This document shows, one piece after another, positions 29,558-39,332 of a DNA stretch of 64,000 nt (its first letter is position 1; each line of letters begins with the position of its first letter). Made by a program: the position numbers and the translations under genes. Below the pieces are notes generated by a model. That model did no database searches. It was not told the DNA's origin and was given only the letters and a program-made list of their open reading frames with translations. The stretch comes from Candidatus Moraniibacteriota bacterium (GTDB lineage: Bacteria > Patescibacteriota > Minisyncoccia > Moranbacterales > GCA-2747515): NCBI GenBank assembly GCA_040772365.1, contig JAXGYI010000005.1, forward strand, positions 5,132 to 69,131. The letters are read 5' to 3'.

Positions 29558-30520
29558 ATGTACATTTTTCTCATAACTCTCTGCATAAGCATAGGTGTTT
29601 TAGTATCACCCGTCTCCGCTGCTCCCACTGGCGGCCTCGTTCCTTGTGGCAGCAATAAATCTGGTACAGCACAGGATGCTTGCACCATCTGTGATCTCAT
29701 TGAAGGTGTGCATGGTATTGTTCAAAAACTCATGTCATGGATGGTGATTGCGGGATTGGTGATTATTACTGTTGCCGGCATCATCTATATTGTCTCTGCT
29801 GGCAATCAAGGACTCACGACAATGGCAAAAAATGCTGTCATCAACACACTGATCGGCATTACCGTCATCCTCACTGCATTTCTTGGTATCACATTTATCC
29901 TCAATAGGGTATTCAATGCCAAAACCGATATGATTGCTGCTGGTGGTCTTTCAATTGCTAATAATGCATGGACATTCACATGCAGTAAGACCAAAGCTAT
30001 AGACACAGGTGGTGGGGGTGGTGTGTCGACGGGTGGTGGGACGCCAACGCCACCATCACAAGGTGGAACACCGCCAGCAACGCCTCCAGCTCCACAGCCG
30101 GGCAATCAACCGCTAGCACGTATGACAAATGCTGAGGCGAAGCAGTATCTCATTGATCAGACAGGTGGCAATATTACAATATGGGAATCAGCAGCCGGAC
30201 GAACGTACGTGCCTGATTTGCAGCAAAGCAGTATTGATGGGATTGTTAATCTACAGAAAGAATCCGGTCTTCGATTTCAAATTACAGGAGCAGCAGAGAA
30301 GGGCGGTGGGCACGCTAGCGGAACCTATTCCCACGCAAATGGATATAAGGTGGATATTAGCGATAAAAATCCAGCGTTAAATAGCTATATCACATCAAAC
30401 TATCAGGAGATTGGAAAACGTAGTGATGGTGCGCGGCAATTTCGTGATCCGCAGGGAAATGTTTACGCATGGGAAACGTGGAAGAATCATTGGGATGTGT
30501 GCTATGCGTGCAAAAAATAA
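29558..30520 (+). CDS. Membrane-anchored peptidoglycan peptidase: shared N-terminal module (signal peptide, Cys-rich segment, 2 TM, Gly5 linker) plus a C-terminal peptidase M15 (VanY/hedgehog-type) domain
   Basis: N-terminal module identical to the next gene. The C-terminal domain has the M15 signature S-x-H-x-x-G-x-x-V-D (SHANGYKVDIS) and E-x-W-x-x-H-W-D (ETWKNHWDV). A Pro/Thr/Gly-rich linker separates the two parts. Confidence 0.55.
   Translation: MYIFLITLCISIGVLVSPVSAAPTGGLVPCGSNKSGTAQDACTICDLIEGVHGIVQKLMSWMVIAGLVIITVAGIIYIVSAGNQGLTTMAKNAVINTLIGITVILTAFLGITFILNRVFNAKTDMIAAGGLSIANNAWTFTCSKTKAIDTGGGGGVSTGGGTPTPPSQGGTPPATPPAPQPGNQPLARMTNAEAKQYLIDQTGGNITIWESAAGRTYVPDLQQSSIDGIVNLQKESGLRFQITGAAEKGGGHASGTYSHANGYKVDISDKNPALNSYITSNYQEIGKRSDGARQFRDPQGNVYAWETWKNHWDVCYACKK
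29570..30023 (+). repeat. 454-bp direct repeat copy 1, ~99.5 % identical to 30586-31039
   Basis: Base-by-base comparison shows only two mismatches (tagtatcacc vs tagcagcacc). It encodes the shared signal-peptide/Cys-rich/2-TM/GGGGG module. Confidence 0.9.
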
Positions 30521-30576
30521 TCGTCCTTTCTTTTTAGTTTGGGATCTGTAGGTATTTATGTTGTTAGTATAGGATC

Positions 30577-31632
30577 ATGAAAAAACTCATAACTCTCTGC
30601 ATAAGCATAGGTGTTTTAGCAGCACCCGTCTCCGCTGCTCCCACTGGCGGCCTCGTTCCTTGTGGCAGCAATAAATCTGGTACAGCACAGGATGCTTGCA
30701 CCATCTGTGATCTCATTGAAGGTGTGCATGGTATTGTTCAAAAACTCATGTCATGGATGGTGATTGCGGGATTGGTGATTATTACTGTTGCCGGCATCAT
30801 CTATATTGTCTCTGCTGGCAATCAAGGACTCACGACAATGGCAAAAAATGCTGTCATCAACACACTGATCGGCATTACCGTCATCCTCACTGCATTTCTT
30901 GGTATCACATTTATCCTCAATAGGGTATTCAATGCCAAAACCGATATGATTGCTGCTGGTGGTCTTTCAATTGCTAATAATGCATGGACATTCACATGCA
31001 GTAAGACCAAAGCTATAGACACAGGTGGTGGGGGTGGTGCGCCAATGACGCCGCAACCACATGCTGACCGACCTGCACCACCTCCTGGTAATTTAGCACA
31101 GGGATGCCATCACTACGATCAGGCTTTTCATAGAGCATCGAGCGGTGATCGGGAGCTGGAATGTCTCCTGAAGGGTATTGCCATGGCAGAAAGCACATGT
31201 AATCCTTCCGCACAAAATGGCAATGGATGTGGTCTCATGCAAATTGAAAGCAATACGTGTCAGTACTATAAGGACCATCCAGAAGAAAGTATCATGCGTG
31301 CGGCGGAGATTTTACGTACAAATAAAGCGCAGCTAGATCGTTATAGTCATTTTTCCATTGGTAGTGGATTTGGACAAGGGAGTGAAACGGTGCAATATGG
31401 TGGCGTAACATATTTTACAGGAAATGATGATCTTATCGCATCATATAATGCAGGCACTGGAGGGCGTTTGGCAAAAAATCCGTTTCATGCATCAGCTGAC
31501 TGCCCCGACACTGGACAAGGCGCGACGCCGGCATGGCAGTGTCATATTAATCCGGGGGGATTTGGCAGTACAACACAGCGCTATGTGCCAAATGTACAGA
31601 AATATCAGCGAGAGTGTTTATCTGGAAAATAA
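30577..31632 (+). CDS. Membrane-anchored lytic transglycosylase: shared N-terminal module plus a C-terminal GH23/SLT domain
   Basis: The C-terminal domain carries SLT motifs: the catalytic ES in GIAMAESTCNPSAQNGNGCGLMQI, and AYNAG-like IASYNAGTGG. Many extracytoplasmic cysteines. Confidence 0.65.
   Translation: MKKLITLCISIGVLAAPVSAAPTGGLVPCGSNKSGTAQDACTICDLIEGVHGIVQKLMSWMVIAGLVIITVAGIIYIVSAGNQGLTTMAKNAVINTLIGITVILTAFLGITFILNRVFNAKTDMIAAGGLSIANNAWTFTCSKTKAIDTGGGGGAPMTPQPHADRPAPPPGNLAQGCHHYDQAFHRASSGDRELECLLKGIAMAESTCNPSAQNGNGCGLMQIESNTCQYYKDHPEESIMRAAEILRTNKAQLDRYSHFSIGSGFGQGSETVQYGGVTYFTGNDDLIASYNAGTGGRLAKNPFHASADCPDTGQGATPAWQCHINPGGFGSTTQRYVPNVQKYQRECLSGK
30586..31039 (+). repeat. 454-bp direct repeat copy 2
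   Basis: See copy 1. The offset between copies is exactly 1016 bp. Confidence 0.9.
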
Positions 31633-31639
31633 AACATCT

Positions 31640-33004
31640 ATGCAGAAACAATCAACAATGACATTTCACGGTGGGGCGGGATCAGTGACGGGCGCAAATT
31701 TTTTATTAGACACCGGTGGGCGAAAGATCCTCGTGGATTGCGGCTTACAGCAAGAGGGTGCACGGTGCTATGTGGAGGATGTGGATTTTTCCTATAATCC
31801 GGCTGATGTGGATACCCTCGTCATTACACATGCGCATGCCGATCACATTGGCAAAATTCCTAAGCTAGTGAAGGATGGTTTTCGTGGAACCATTTACTCT
31901 ACTCCAGCAACTAAAGATTTGTCAGCGATAATGCTGGAAGACGCGTTGATGATTCTGACGCAGGAGGCGGATGCGCTTGGGTGTTCGCCGCTATATGATC
32001 GCTCTGATATACGTCGTGCGATGGAACTGTGGCATACGATGGACTACCATCGTCCATTTGTTGTGGGCGATGATGTGACGGCGTCATTTTTAGATGCAGG
32101 ACATGTACTCGGAAGTGCTATGGTCCGTATGGAGCGCGCTGGTCGTGTCAGTGTATTTACAGGTGATCTAGGGAATTCACCGGAGTTGATTTTGCCCGAT
32201 ACGGAGAGGGTAGAGGGTGCGCACTATATGGTAATGGAGAGTGTGTATGGTGATCGCAATCATGAATCACGCAATGACAGGACCGAAAAGTTGGCGCAGG
32301 TGATTCGCGATAACGTGAAGCGCGGTGGGACGCTTTTGATCCCTGTGTTTGCCCTGCAGCGTGCACAGATTTTACTCTACGAGATTAATAGACTCGTTGA
32401 GGGAAATCGTGTGCCACATGTCCCAGTGTACTTTGATGCACCACTTGCACAGCGCGTGACGGATATCTATCGGCGTTATCAGCACCTCTACAATGCACGT
32501 GTACGTGCAGAAATTAAGCGTGGCGACGACATTTTTGATTTTCCGCAATTTGTGAGTATACGCAATGTAGCGGATTCATTACGAATTGATAAGAAGAAGG
32601 GTCCGAAGATTGTGATCGCTAGTTCTGGTATGAGTAATGGTGGACGGGTACGTATGCATGAACGTCAGATTTTAGGCAATCGCAAGAATACGATTCTCTT
32701 TATTGGGTATCAGGCATTTGGGACACTTGGTCGTGAAATTGCAGAGCGGCGCAGCAAAGTTTTTATTGATGGCACATGGGTACGTGTACATGCGCACATT
32801 GAAAGTATCAGTGGCTACTCGGCACACAAAGACAGTGATCAGCTTGTGGCATTTGTAGAGGATACGGCGGCTACGGTGGAGCATGTTTTTCTTGCTATGG
32901 GTGAACCAGCGGCGGCACAGAAACTCGCGCAGCGATTAGTGGATACGTATCATATTGCTGTAACTGTTCCACGTAAAGGTGATGTAGCATCTCTTCATTT
33001 TTAA
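31640..33004 (+). CDS. MBL-fold / beta-CASP family ribonuclease (RNA-metabolising metallo-beta-lactamase)
   Basis: HAHADHIGKIP (HxHxDH), then beta-CASP and RMMBL-like C-terminal regions (...GYSAHKDSDQL..). The start is taken at the ATG at 31640 just after the upstream stop; the ORF-track start at 31424 overlaps the previous gene. Confidence 0.7.
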   Translation: MQKQSTMTFHGGAGSVTGANFLLDTGGRKILVDCGLQQEGARCYVEDVDFSYNPADVDTLVITHAHADHIGKIPKLVKDGFRGTIYSTPATKDLSAIMLEDALMILTQEADALGCSPLYDRSDIRRAMELWHTMDYHRPFVVGDDVTASFLDAGHVLGSAMVRMERAGRVSVFTGDLGNSPELILPDTERVEGAHYMVMESVYGDRNHESRNDRTEKLAQVIRDNVKRGGTLLIPVFALQRAQILLYEINRLVEGNRVPHVPVYFDAPLAQRVTDIYRRYQHLYNARVRAEIKRGDDIFDFPQFVSIRNVADSLRIDKKKGPKIVIASSGMSNGGRVRMHERQILGNRKNTILFIGYQAFGTLGREIAERRSKVFIDGTWVRVHAHIESISGYSAHKDSDQLVAFVEDTAATVEHVFLAMGEPAAAQKLAQRLVDTYHIAVTVPRKGDVASLHF

Positions 33005-33013
33005 AAACTTTTT

Positions 33014-33349
33014 ATGGTAGATGGCTATACGACGGTTGACGTAATGACAGCATACACACTCCTTACGGGTACTGAGGCAGGGCAGTATTGTGTGGTAGAC
33101 GTGCGATCACCGCAGGAGTACGCAACAGCGCATATTGCGCAATCCATGAATATACCGCTGAATACACTTGCAGAGGCATCTCTACCAAAGGATCGTACTA
33201 TCGTTGTTGCATGCGTCAGTGGCAATCGTTCTGGTGTGGCATGCGACTTTCTGCATCAGCAGGGCTATCACTGCGCTAATCTTGCTGGTGGCATCAGTGC
33301 GTGGATTGCGCACGGCTTACCGGTTGCGCGTGGTAGTATAGCGGTATAG
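33014..33349 (+). CDS. Rhodanese-domain sulfurtransferase (single domain)
   Basis: 111 aa with active-site loop CVSGNRS and the typical rhodanese alpha/beta signature (VVDVRSPQEY...). Confidence 0.8.
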   Translation: MVDGYTTVDVMTAYTLLTGTEAGQYCVVDVRSPQEYATAHIAQSMNIPLNTLAEASLPKDRTIVVACVSGNRSGVACDFLHQQGYHCANLAGGISAWIAHGLPVARGSIAV

Positions 33350-33439
33350 ACATGATGAATTTGGTTATTTTGTAAAAAGCTATTATACTAAAAAGAGTGA
33401 CTCACAATCATTTGTTTGAATTAGTGAAAAATAAAAATT

Positions 33440-35278
33440 ATGCGCGGTCTTGGGTCGGCAAAAATTGCCAAAGGATCATACATTTTTCTATGTGATGATG
33501 ACAATCTTGCACGTGACACGTTTCGTGTACGCACAAGCGAAGATGGTCTGCTTTTTCGTCCGTTGAGTGATGATGCGAAGATTGTGAATATTACGGGTCC
33601 GACAGATGCTATAGAGTCTTGTACAGAGTTTCATATGTCACAGGATGGGCGGATGTATTACATGACCTACTACGTACCACAGAAAAAGGTTCTAGGCATT
33701 GCGCAGTCACGCAACCTGATTGACTGGGAAAAGTCGTGCAGCGTAGAGGATGTTTCTGGTGGTGCAAAAATTGTATCGGATTACCTCTATGCTGGACGGA
33801 CAGTGATGATTGCCGGTGGTGAGGCACTACGACTGTATGTGACATCTGATGGAAAACGTTGGGTCCGTGCCAAGCGCAACTTGATTGATGGGAGAGATCA
33901 TGGGAAGCAGAAGGGGTCTTTTATGGTGCTGGATGCACAGGTGATTGAGGATGGTGTATTTGTGCTCTACGCATATGTCACATCGACTCCATCAGGTACA
34001 GCGACCTACGCTATTCATGGTGCATTATGTGCCTATGGCGATCCCACACAAATAACATGGCGCACGCAATCACCGGTTTATTCTCTGGCGCCAGAAGTCT
34101 ATGGACACGCAATATTGTTTGGCGCAGGCATTCATAGTGAATATTTCGTATCTTACTGGATGCGCGACGATGAAGAATTATTTCTCTTACGACATCCATA
34201 CACCTATGAGCCGCGACCAGAGGATATGCCGCAGGAAGCGCATGGTGCACAATCGGAGCAAAGTGAGTCGCCGACAGTATTTGCATTGGAGCGTGCGCCG
34301 GATAATCCGGTTCTTGTGCCAAATCCCGATCGTTCATGGGAATCTAAGGCGACGTATAATCCGACAGCATTTCTCTGTGGGGGTCATGTGCATATCATCT
34401 ATCGTGCTGATGGTGATGATAATATCTCCGTGTGGGGGCATGCACTGAGTATTAATGGTACCGATATTGCCGATCGGTCAAAGAGTTGTATTTTTCGGCG
34501 TAAGGTGATGGTGGAAAATAAGGATTTGCCACGCATTTATGCATCGGGTACAAATACAAATGGCGGATGTGAAGATCCGCGCGCAGTTGTGATTGATGGG
34601 ACAGTATACGTGACATTTACGGCATTTGATGGATGGAGCTCTGTGCGTATGGCGCTGACAAGTATTGACCTTGATGATTTTTTACAAAAGCGTTGGAAGT
34701 GGAAGAAGACGCGATTAATCTCCCCTGCAGGGGAAATGAATAAGAATTGGGTGCTATTTTCTGAGAAGGTAAACGGAAAATTTGCTATTCTACATAGCTT
34801 TTATCCGAAAATTCTCATTGACTACTTCGATGACCTTGATGAGCTAGATGGCGAGACGCGATTTATTCGTAGCAATAATACACGACCATTTGATACAACA
34901 CGCACCTGGGATAGTTGGTTTCGTGGAGTAGGTCCTCCTCCTATTAAAACGGAAGATGGATGGCTCGTTCTGTACCATGCGATGATGCATAATAAGCCAG
35001 ATCGCTATCGTATCGGGGCGTTACTTCTTGATCTCCATGATCCTACAAAAGTTCTCTATCGTAGCACAAGGCCGATTTTGGAACCGCAGGAGCACTATGA
35101 AAATCACGGACATAAGTGGGGTGTTGTTTTTACGTGTGGTGCCGTCGTGAAAGATGGAACGCTGTTTGTATACTATGGTGGCGCGGATGCATGTGTATGT
35201 GTTGCAACAGCACCAATTGATGCGTTCTTGCGCGATCTCAAACAGACAGGTGTTGTGCAAATGACACTCTCAACGTAG
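33440..35278 (+). CDS. GH130-family (DUF377 beta-propeller glycosidase/phosphorylase) protein with two domains; the N-terminal one is degenerate
   Basis: C-terminal half has NPVLVPNPDRSWESKATYNPTA...HIIYRA...EDPR...YYGGADACVCVATA. The N-terminal half is a diverged copy (…CTEFHMSQDGRMYYMTYYV replaces the EDPR..YY.TYTA block). Confidence 0.6.
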   Translation: MRGLGSAKIAKGSYIFLCDDDNLARDTFRVRTSEDGLLFRPLSDDAKIVNITGPTDAIESCTEFHMSQDGRMYYMTYYVPQKKVLGIAQSRNLIDWEKSCSVEDVSGGAKIVSDYLYAGRTVMIAGGEALRLYVTSDGKRWVRAKRNLIDGRDHGKQKGSFMVLDAQVIEDGVFVLYAYVTSTPSGTATYAIHGALCAYGDPTQITWRTQSPVYSLAPEVYGHAILFGAGIHSEYFVSYWMRDDEELFLLRHPYTYEPRPEDMPQEAHGAQSEQSESPTVFALERAPDNPVLVPNPDRSWESKATYNPTAFLCGGHVHIIYRADGDDNISVWGHALSINGTDIADRSKSCIFRRKVMVENKDLPRIYASGTNTNGGCEDPRAVVIDGTVYVTFTAFDGWSSVRMALTSIDLDDFLQKRWKWKKTRLISPAGEMNKNWVLFSEKVNGKFAILHSFYPKILIDYFDDLDELDGETRFIRSNNTRPFDTTRTWDSWFRGVGPPPIKTEDGWLVLYHAMMHNKPDRYRIGALLLDLHDPTKVLYRSTRPILEPQEHYENHGHKWGVVFTCGAVVKDGTLFVYYGGADACVCVATAPIDAFLRDLKQTGVVQMTLST

Positions 35279-35354
35279 TGTGTGTCATGGTCTATAGCAT
35301 GAGGAGATCCTAGTAGTCGATAATAATACATAATTCGTATAACATGTATAAATT

Positions 35355-37319
35355 ATGGCGATGACAATGAAGCGTTATCCAAACAATCCTATTCTTGGGC
35401 CGGATCGTACACGTGTATGGGAGGCACAAGCAGTATTTAACGGCTGTCCAATTCGTGACGAAAAGGGGTATCATTTTTTGTATCGTGCTCTCGCGCAAAC
35501 AGAGAAGGACCCTGTTAGTGGCGCAGATTTTGCGCGATCGACAATTGGGTATACATTTAGCCCCAATGGTTACTGTTTTGATGGTGAGCGACGCCAGCTT
35601 ATCGCGCCTCAAGAGTCCTGGGAAAAATATGGCTGTGAGGATCCACGCGTAACAAAAATTGATGATACGTATTACATTACCTATACGGCATTGGCAGATT
35701 TTCCGCACACACCGGAGGGTATTTCTGTTGCGGTAGCCACGACAAAAGACTTTCGTACAATTGATACACGTCACCGCGTCACGCCCTTTAACGCCAAGGC
35801 AATGGTTATTTTTCCAGAGCGTATTAACGGCAAGATTGTTGCACTTCTTACAATGAATACTGATCAGCCTCCGGTACGCATTATGATTGCGGAGTTTGAT
35901 ACACCAGAGCAGATGTGGGATCCGCGGTACTGGCGTACATGGATGCAGGACCTTGATGCACACACGTTGCACTTTCAACGGTCGCTTACTGACCATATTG
36001 AAGTTGGTGCACCACCGGTGAAAACACAAGATGGATGGCTTTTTTTCTATTCCTACATTCGTAACTATCACGGAGGTGATCCGGTCTTTGGTATTGAGGT
36101 GGCACTCTTAGATTTGGAACGCCCTCTACGTGTCACGGGTCGTACGATTACGCCACTGCTCGTGCCAGAGGAAATTTATGAGTGGTATGGTATTATACCC
36201 CGCATTACATTTCCTTCCGGTGCAACTGTGGATGGTGATGAAGTGCGTCTGTATTATGGTGCAGCCGATACAGTGTGTGCAGTAGCGACGGCATCGCTAG
36301 CAGAGCTTTTAGCACATATCAAATTGAAGGACTGCGAAGAATGTGTGCCAGAGGGTGTGCCATTTGTTACCTGTGAGCGATTTGAGGGTAATCCGATTAT
36401 TGAGCCGACGCGTGATTTTGGATGGGCGTCGCGATACACACTTAATCCAACAGCAATCGTGGATGAGGAGAAGGTTCATATTATCTATCGTGCACAAGAT
36501 GAGCGTGATACATCGCGTATGGGTTATGCTGTGAGTGAGGATGGCTTACGTCTATCGTATCTCTCGCAAGACCCTATTTACGTGCCACGCATTCCAGAAG
36601 AAATTCGCGATGACGAGGGATTTTCTGGTTGTGAAGATGCACGGATTTCTCGTATCGATGATCGCTTCTATATGTGCTATACTGCATACAATGGCCATGG
36701 ACCAGCGCGCATTGCATTTACATCCATCTCTGTAGAAGATTTCCGTGCACGACGCTGGGATGCGTGGAGTATGCCGAAAATCATCTCGCCAGATGGCATG
36801 GATGATAAAAATTCCTGTGTTCTTCCAGAAAAAGTCAATGGTCAGTACGTCTTCTTTCATCGCCTCAAGCACACTATCTGGATGGATTTTGTAGATGACC
36901 TGGAGTTTTCTGATGGACGTACACTTGGTGGGCAGAGTATTATGTGGGCACGTCCAGAAACATGGGATAGCGAGAAGGTGGGTATCGCTGGTGTGCCGAT
37001 GAAAGTGGGTAAGGAGTGGTTGCTGATCTACCATGCGCTCTCTAGTCATGACGGGCTCTATCGGCTTGGCGCGGCGTTGTTGGATGTAGAGCATTCTAAA
37101 GTGACGTCGCGTTTAGATTATCCGATTCTTGAACCACATGCGGATTATGAAAACAAGGGACTGCGTCCCGGAACGGTCTTTTCGTGCGGACACGTGATGT
37201 GGCACGATGATATGATCTACATCTACTACGGCGGTGCCGATGAAGTGGTTGGTGTGGCAATGATTTCACGCGGTTGCCTACTCACCGCACTAGAGGAGCA
37301 AAAGAAGCGGATGAAGTAG
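35355..37319 (+). CDS. GH130-family protein with two complete tandem GH130 domains
   Basis: Domain 1: YPNNPILGP...WEAQAVFNG...YHFLYRA...EDPRVTKIDDTYYITYTA...YYGAADTVCAVATA. Domain 2: EGNPIIEP...NPTAIVDEEKVHIIYRAQ...CEDARISRIDDRFYMCYTA...YYGGADEVVGVAM. Confidence 0.7.
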   Translation: MAMTMKRYPNNPILGPDRTRVWEAQAVFNGCPIRDEKGYHFLYRALAQTEKDPVSGADFARSTIGYTFSPNGYCFDGERRQLIAPQESWEKYGCEDPRVTKIDDTYYITYTALADFPHTPEGISVAVATTKDFRTIDTRHRVTPFNAKAMVIFPERINGKIVALLTMNTDQPPVRIMIAEFDTPEQMWDPRYWRTWMQDLDAHTLHFQRSLTDHIEVGAPPVKTQDGWLFFYSYIRNYHGGDPVFGIEVALLDLERPLRVTGRTITPLLVPEEIYEWYGIIPRITFPSGATVDGDEVRLYYGAADTVCAVATASLAELLAHIKLKDCEECVPEGVPFVTCERFEGNPIIEPTRDFGWASRYTLNPTAIVDEEKVHIIYRAQDERDTSRMGYAVSEDGLRLSYLSQDPIYVPRIPEEIRDDEGFSGCEDARISRIDDRFYMCYTAYNGHGPARIAFTSISVEDFRARRWDAWSMPKIISPDGMDDKNSCVLPEKVNGQYVFFHRLKHTIWMDFVDDLEFSDGRTLGGQSIMWARPETWDSEKVGIAGVPMKVGKEWLLIYHALSSHDGLYRLGAALLDVEHSKVTSRLDYPILEPHADYENKGLRPGTVFSCGHVMWHDDMIYIYYGGADEVVGVAMISRGCLLTALEEQKKRMK

Positions 37320-37344
37320 TGTCACATAGAAAAAAAACGATCAT

Positions 37345-37379
37345 AAAAATCCCCTTGTCGTGCCGGCAAGGGGATTTTT
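37345..37379. terminator. Bidirectional intrinsic terminator between convergent GH130 and phoH2
   Basis: AAAAA-ATCCCCTTG-tcgtgccgg-CAAGGGGAT-TTTTT: a perfect 9-bp stem with flanking A-run and T-run. Confidence 0.75.
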
Positions 37380-37388
37380 CCCATGGAT

Positions 37389-38726
37389 TTACAGGAGGTC
37401 ACTGGCGATTTGTGCCAGTATGGATCGCTCACCCTTTTCCAGATTTACGTGTGCATACAGTGACTGACCTCGCATTTTCTCAATGAGGTAACTGAGACCA
37501 TTGGACTGCGCATCCAGATACGGATGGTCAATCTGATAGATATCACCAGTGAAGACAATTTTTGTGTCTTCGCCTGCACGGGTGATGATTGTTTTGATTT
37601 CATGCGGTGTGAGGTTTTGTGCCTCATCCACAATGACAAACGCTTTGATAATGCTTCGTCCGCGGATATAGGCTAACGGTTCAATAATGACTTTTTTACT
37701 CTCAATCATTGACTCAATGAGAACATTTGATTCGCTGTTTTCCGGAAACTGATTTTGGATGACAGCGATGTTGTCCCAGAGAGGCTGCATGTAGGGGCTG
37801 ATCTTTGACTTGATGTCTCCTGGGAGGTAGCCGATATCCTTGTTGGAAAGAGGTACAATGGGACGGGCAACCATAATTTGCCGATACAGTGCCCGTTGTT
37901 CTAGTGCTGCGGCGAGCGCTAAGAGTGTCTTGCCGGTTCCCGCTTTGCCGGAGAGTGAGACAAGAGGTATGTCGTGATTGCATAGAGCGTGAATAGCAAA
38001 ACGCTGCTCAGCATTGCGGGGTCTTATACCATACGCTGATCGAGGATCGATTTTGAATAGACGCTGATGGCAGGATATATACATCGCAAGGCAGGAATTT
38101 GTACCATTGCGTATAATAAAATATTGGTTTGCAATGGGGGTAAAGTTTGGGTTGAGATCGGTAGGTTTCAGGCCCTCATGTCCCGCGTGGAGCTGGTTGA
38201 TTAGGCTGGGGTCAATATGTTCAATGATACCCACGCCCGTGTATAACTCTGAAGCATCCATTTTGATTTTGTCTGTCTCGTAATCCTCTGCAGTAATGCC
38301 AAGCGCCTTGGCTTTCATGCGTAGGTTTACATCCTTGCTCACTAAGACGTAGCGTCGGCTTTGATCTTCCTTTGACAAGCAATAGGCGATATTGAGAATC
38401 CGATGATCAGGCTTATCCACGGCGGGAAAATGATCTTGCATGTCCTGATGCAGTGGCTGCTCTAATCGGATAGACACCATACCCTTGTTTGGTCCGATCT
38501 TCACACCACCATTAAACAGTAAGTCACCGCTAATGGCGTCCAATGCGCGCATGAATTCTCGCGCGTGATAACTGAGGGAATCGCCACCCTTTTTAAACTG
38601 ATCCAGTTCCTCAATTACTGTAATTGGAATGATAATGTCGTGTGCAGTGAAGTTTTTGAGGCAACCGGAGTCGTGCAAGATGACATTAGTGTCTAGAATA
38701 AAGGTTTTATTCAGTGTATCGCTCAT
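37389..38726 (-). CDS. PhoH2: N-terminal PIN domain fused to a PhoH-like ATPase
   Basis: 445 aa. The PIN domain begins ILDTNVIL. PhoH Walker A LSGKAGTGKTLLALAAAL and Walker B VIVDEAQN. Confidence 0.85.
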   Translation of the reverse strand: MSDTLNKTFILDTNVILHDSGCLKNFTAHDIIIPITVIEELDQFKKGGDSLSYHAREFMRALDAISGDLLFNGGVKIGPNKGMVSIRLEQPLHQDMQDHFPAVDKPDHRILNIAYCLSKEDQSRRYVLVSKDVNLRMKAKALGITAEDYETDKIKMDASELYTGVGIIEHIDPSLINQLHAGHEGLKPTDLNPNFTPIANQYFIIRNGTNSCLAMYISCHQRLFKIDPRSAYGIRPRNAEQRFAIHALCNHDIPLVSLSGKAGTGKTLLALAAALEQRALYRQIMVARPIVPLSNKDIGYLPGDIKSKISPYMQPLWDNIAVIQNQFPENSESNVLIESMIESKKVIIEPLAYIRGRSIIKAFVIVDEAQNLTPHEIKTIITRAGEDTKIVFTGDIYQIDHPYLDAQSNGLSYLIEKMRGQSLYAHVNLEKGERSILAQIASDLL

Positions 38727-38909
38727 GATACGCTCTCCTCCTTATTGTGGCTGTGGATTGTTAAACAACACGCTTTTATCGTTTAGTATAAACGAATGTG
38801 GTATTGTAGCAAATTGTGCAAAAAAAGCAATAACTATGACACTATTGGCTGTTGCATGGAAGGTGTTTTGTGGTACAGTAACAGAGTATAATCCATAAGA
38901 TATGATGCG

Positions 38910-39323
38910 TTGCTTATGAAAACATTTTTTAATGAGTTTAAGGCATTTGCCGTGAAGGGCAATGTCATTGATATGGCTGTGGGTGTCATTATTGGTACGG
39001 CGTTTGGCAAGATCGTGACGTCGTTGGTGAATGATGTCATCATGCCGGTGGTTGGCGTCATTATCGGCGGGTTGAATTTCCAGGGGTTTTCGCTTACTGT
39101 TGGTGATGCAAAAATTACCTATGGCAATTTTATCCAGTCGGTAGTGGACTTTACGATTGTTGCACTGTGTATTTTTGTTGCGATTAAGATGATGGGGAAG
39201 TTATTGCGCCAAGAAGTGAAGAAAGAGAAAAAAAAGGAGGAAAAGAAAGATCGGGAGGAGTTAGTGGTATTGCGAGAGATTCGCGACGCACTGGTGGTTT
39301 CTAAAAAGAAGCAAACAAAGTAG
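38910..39323 (+). CDS. mscL: Large-conductance mechanosensitive channel
   Basis: [40 protein letters not shown]... is canonical MscL. The charged C-terminal tail is Lys/Glu rich. Confidence 0.9.
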   Translation: MLMKTFFNEFKAFAVKGNVIDMAVGVIIGTAFGKIVTSLVNDVIMPVVGVIIGGLNFQGFSLTVGDAKITYGNFIQSVVDFTIVALCIFVAIKMMGKLLRQEVKKEKKKEEKKDREELVVLREIRDALVVSKKKQTK

Positions 39324-39332
39324 GAAAAGAGC

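Noticed and set aside
35310-37094. Minus-strand ORFs 35310-36071 (253 aa) and 36552-37094 (180 aa) inside the second GH130 gene
   Set aside because: They are antisense to a strongly supported GH130 CDS, and are Cys/Arg-rich and low complexity; shadow ORFs.
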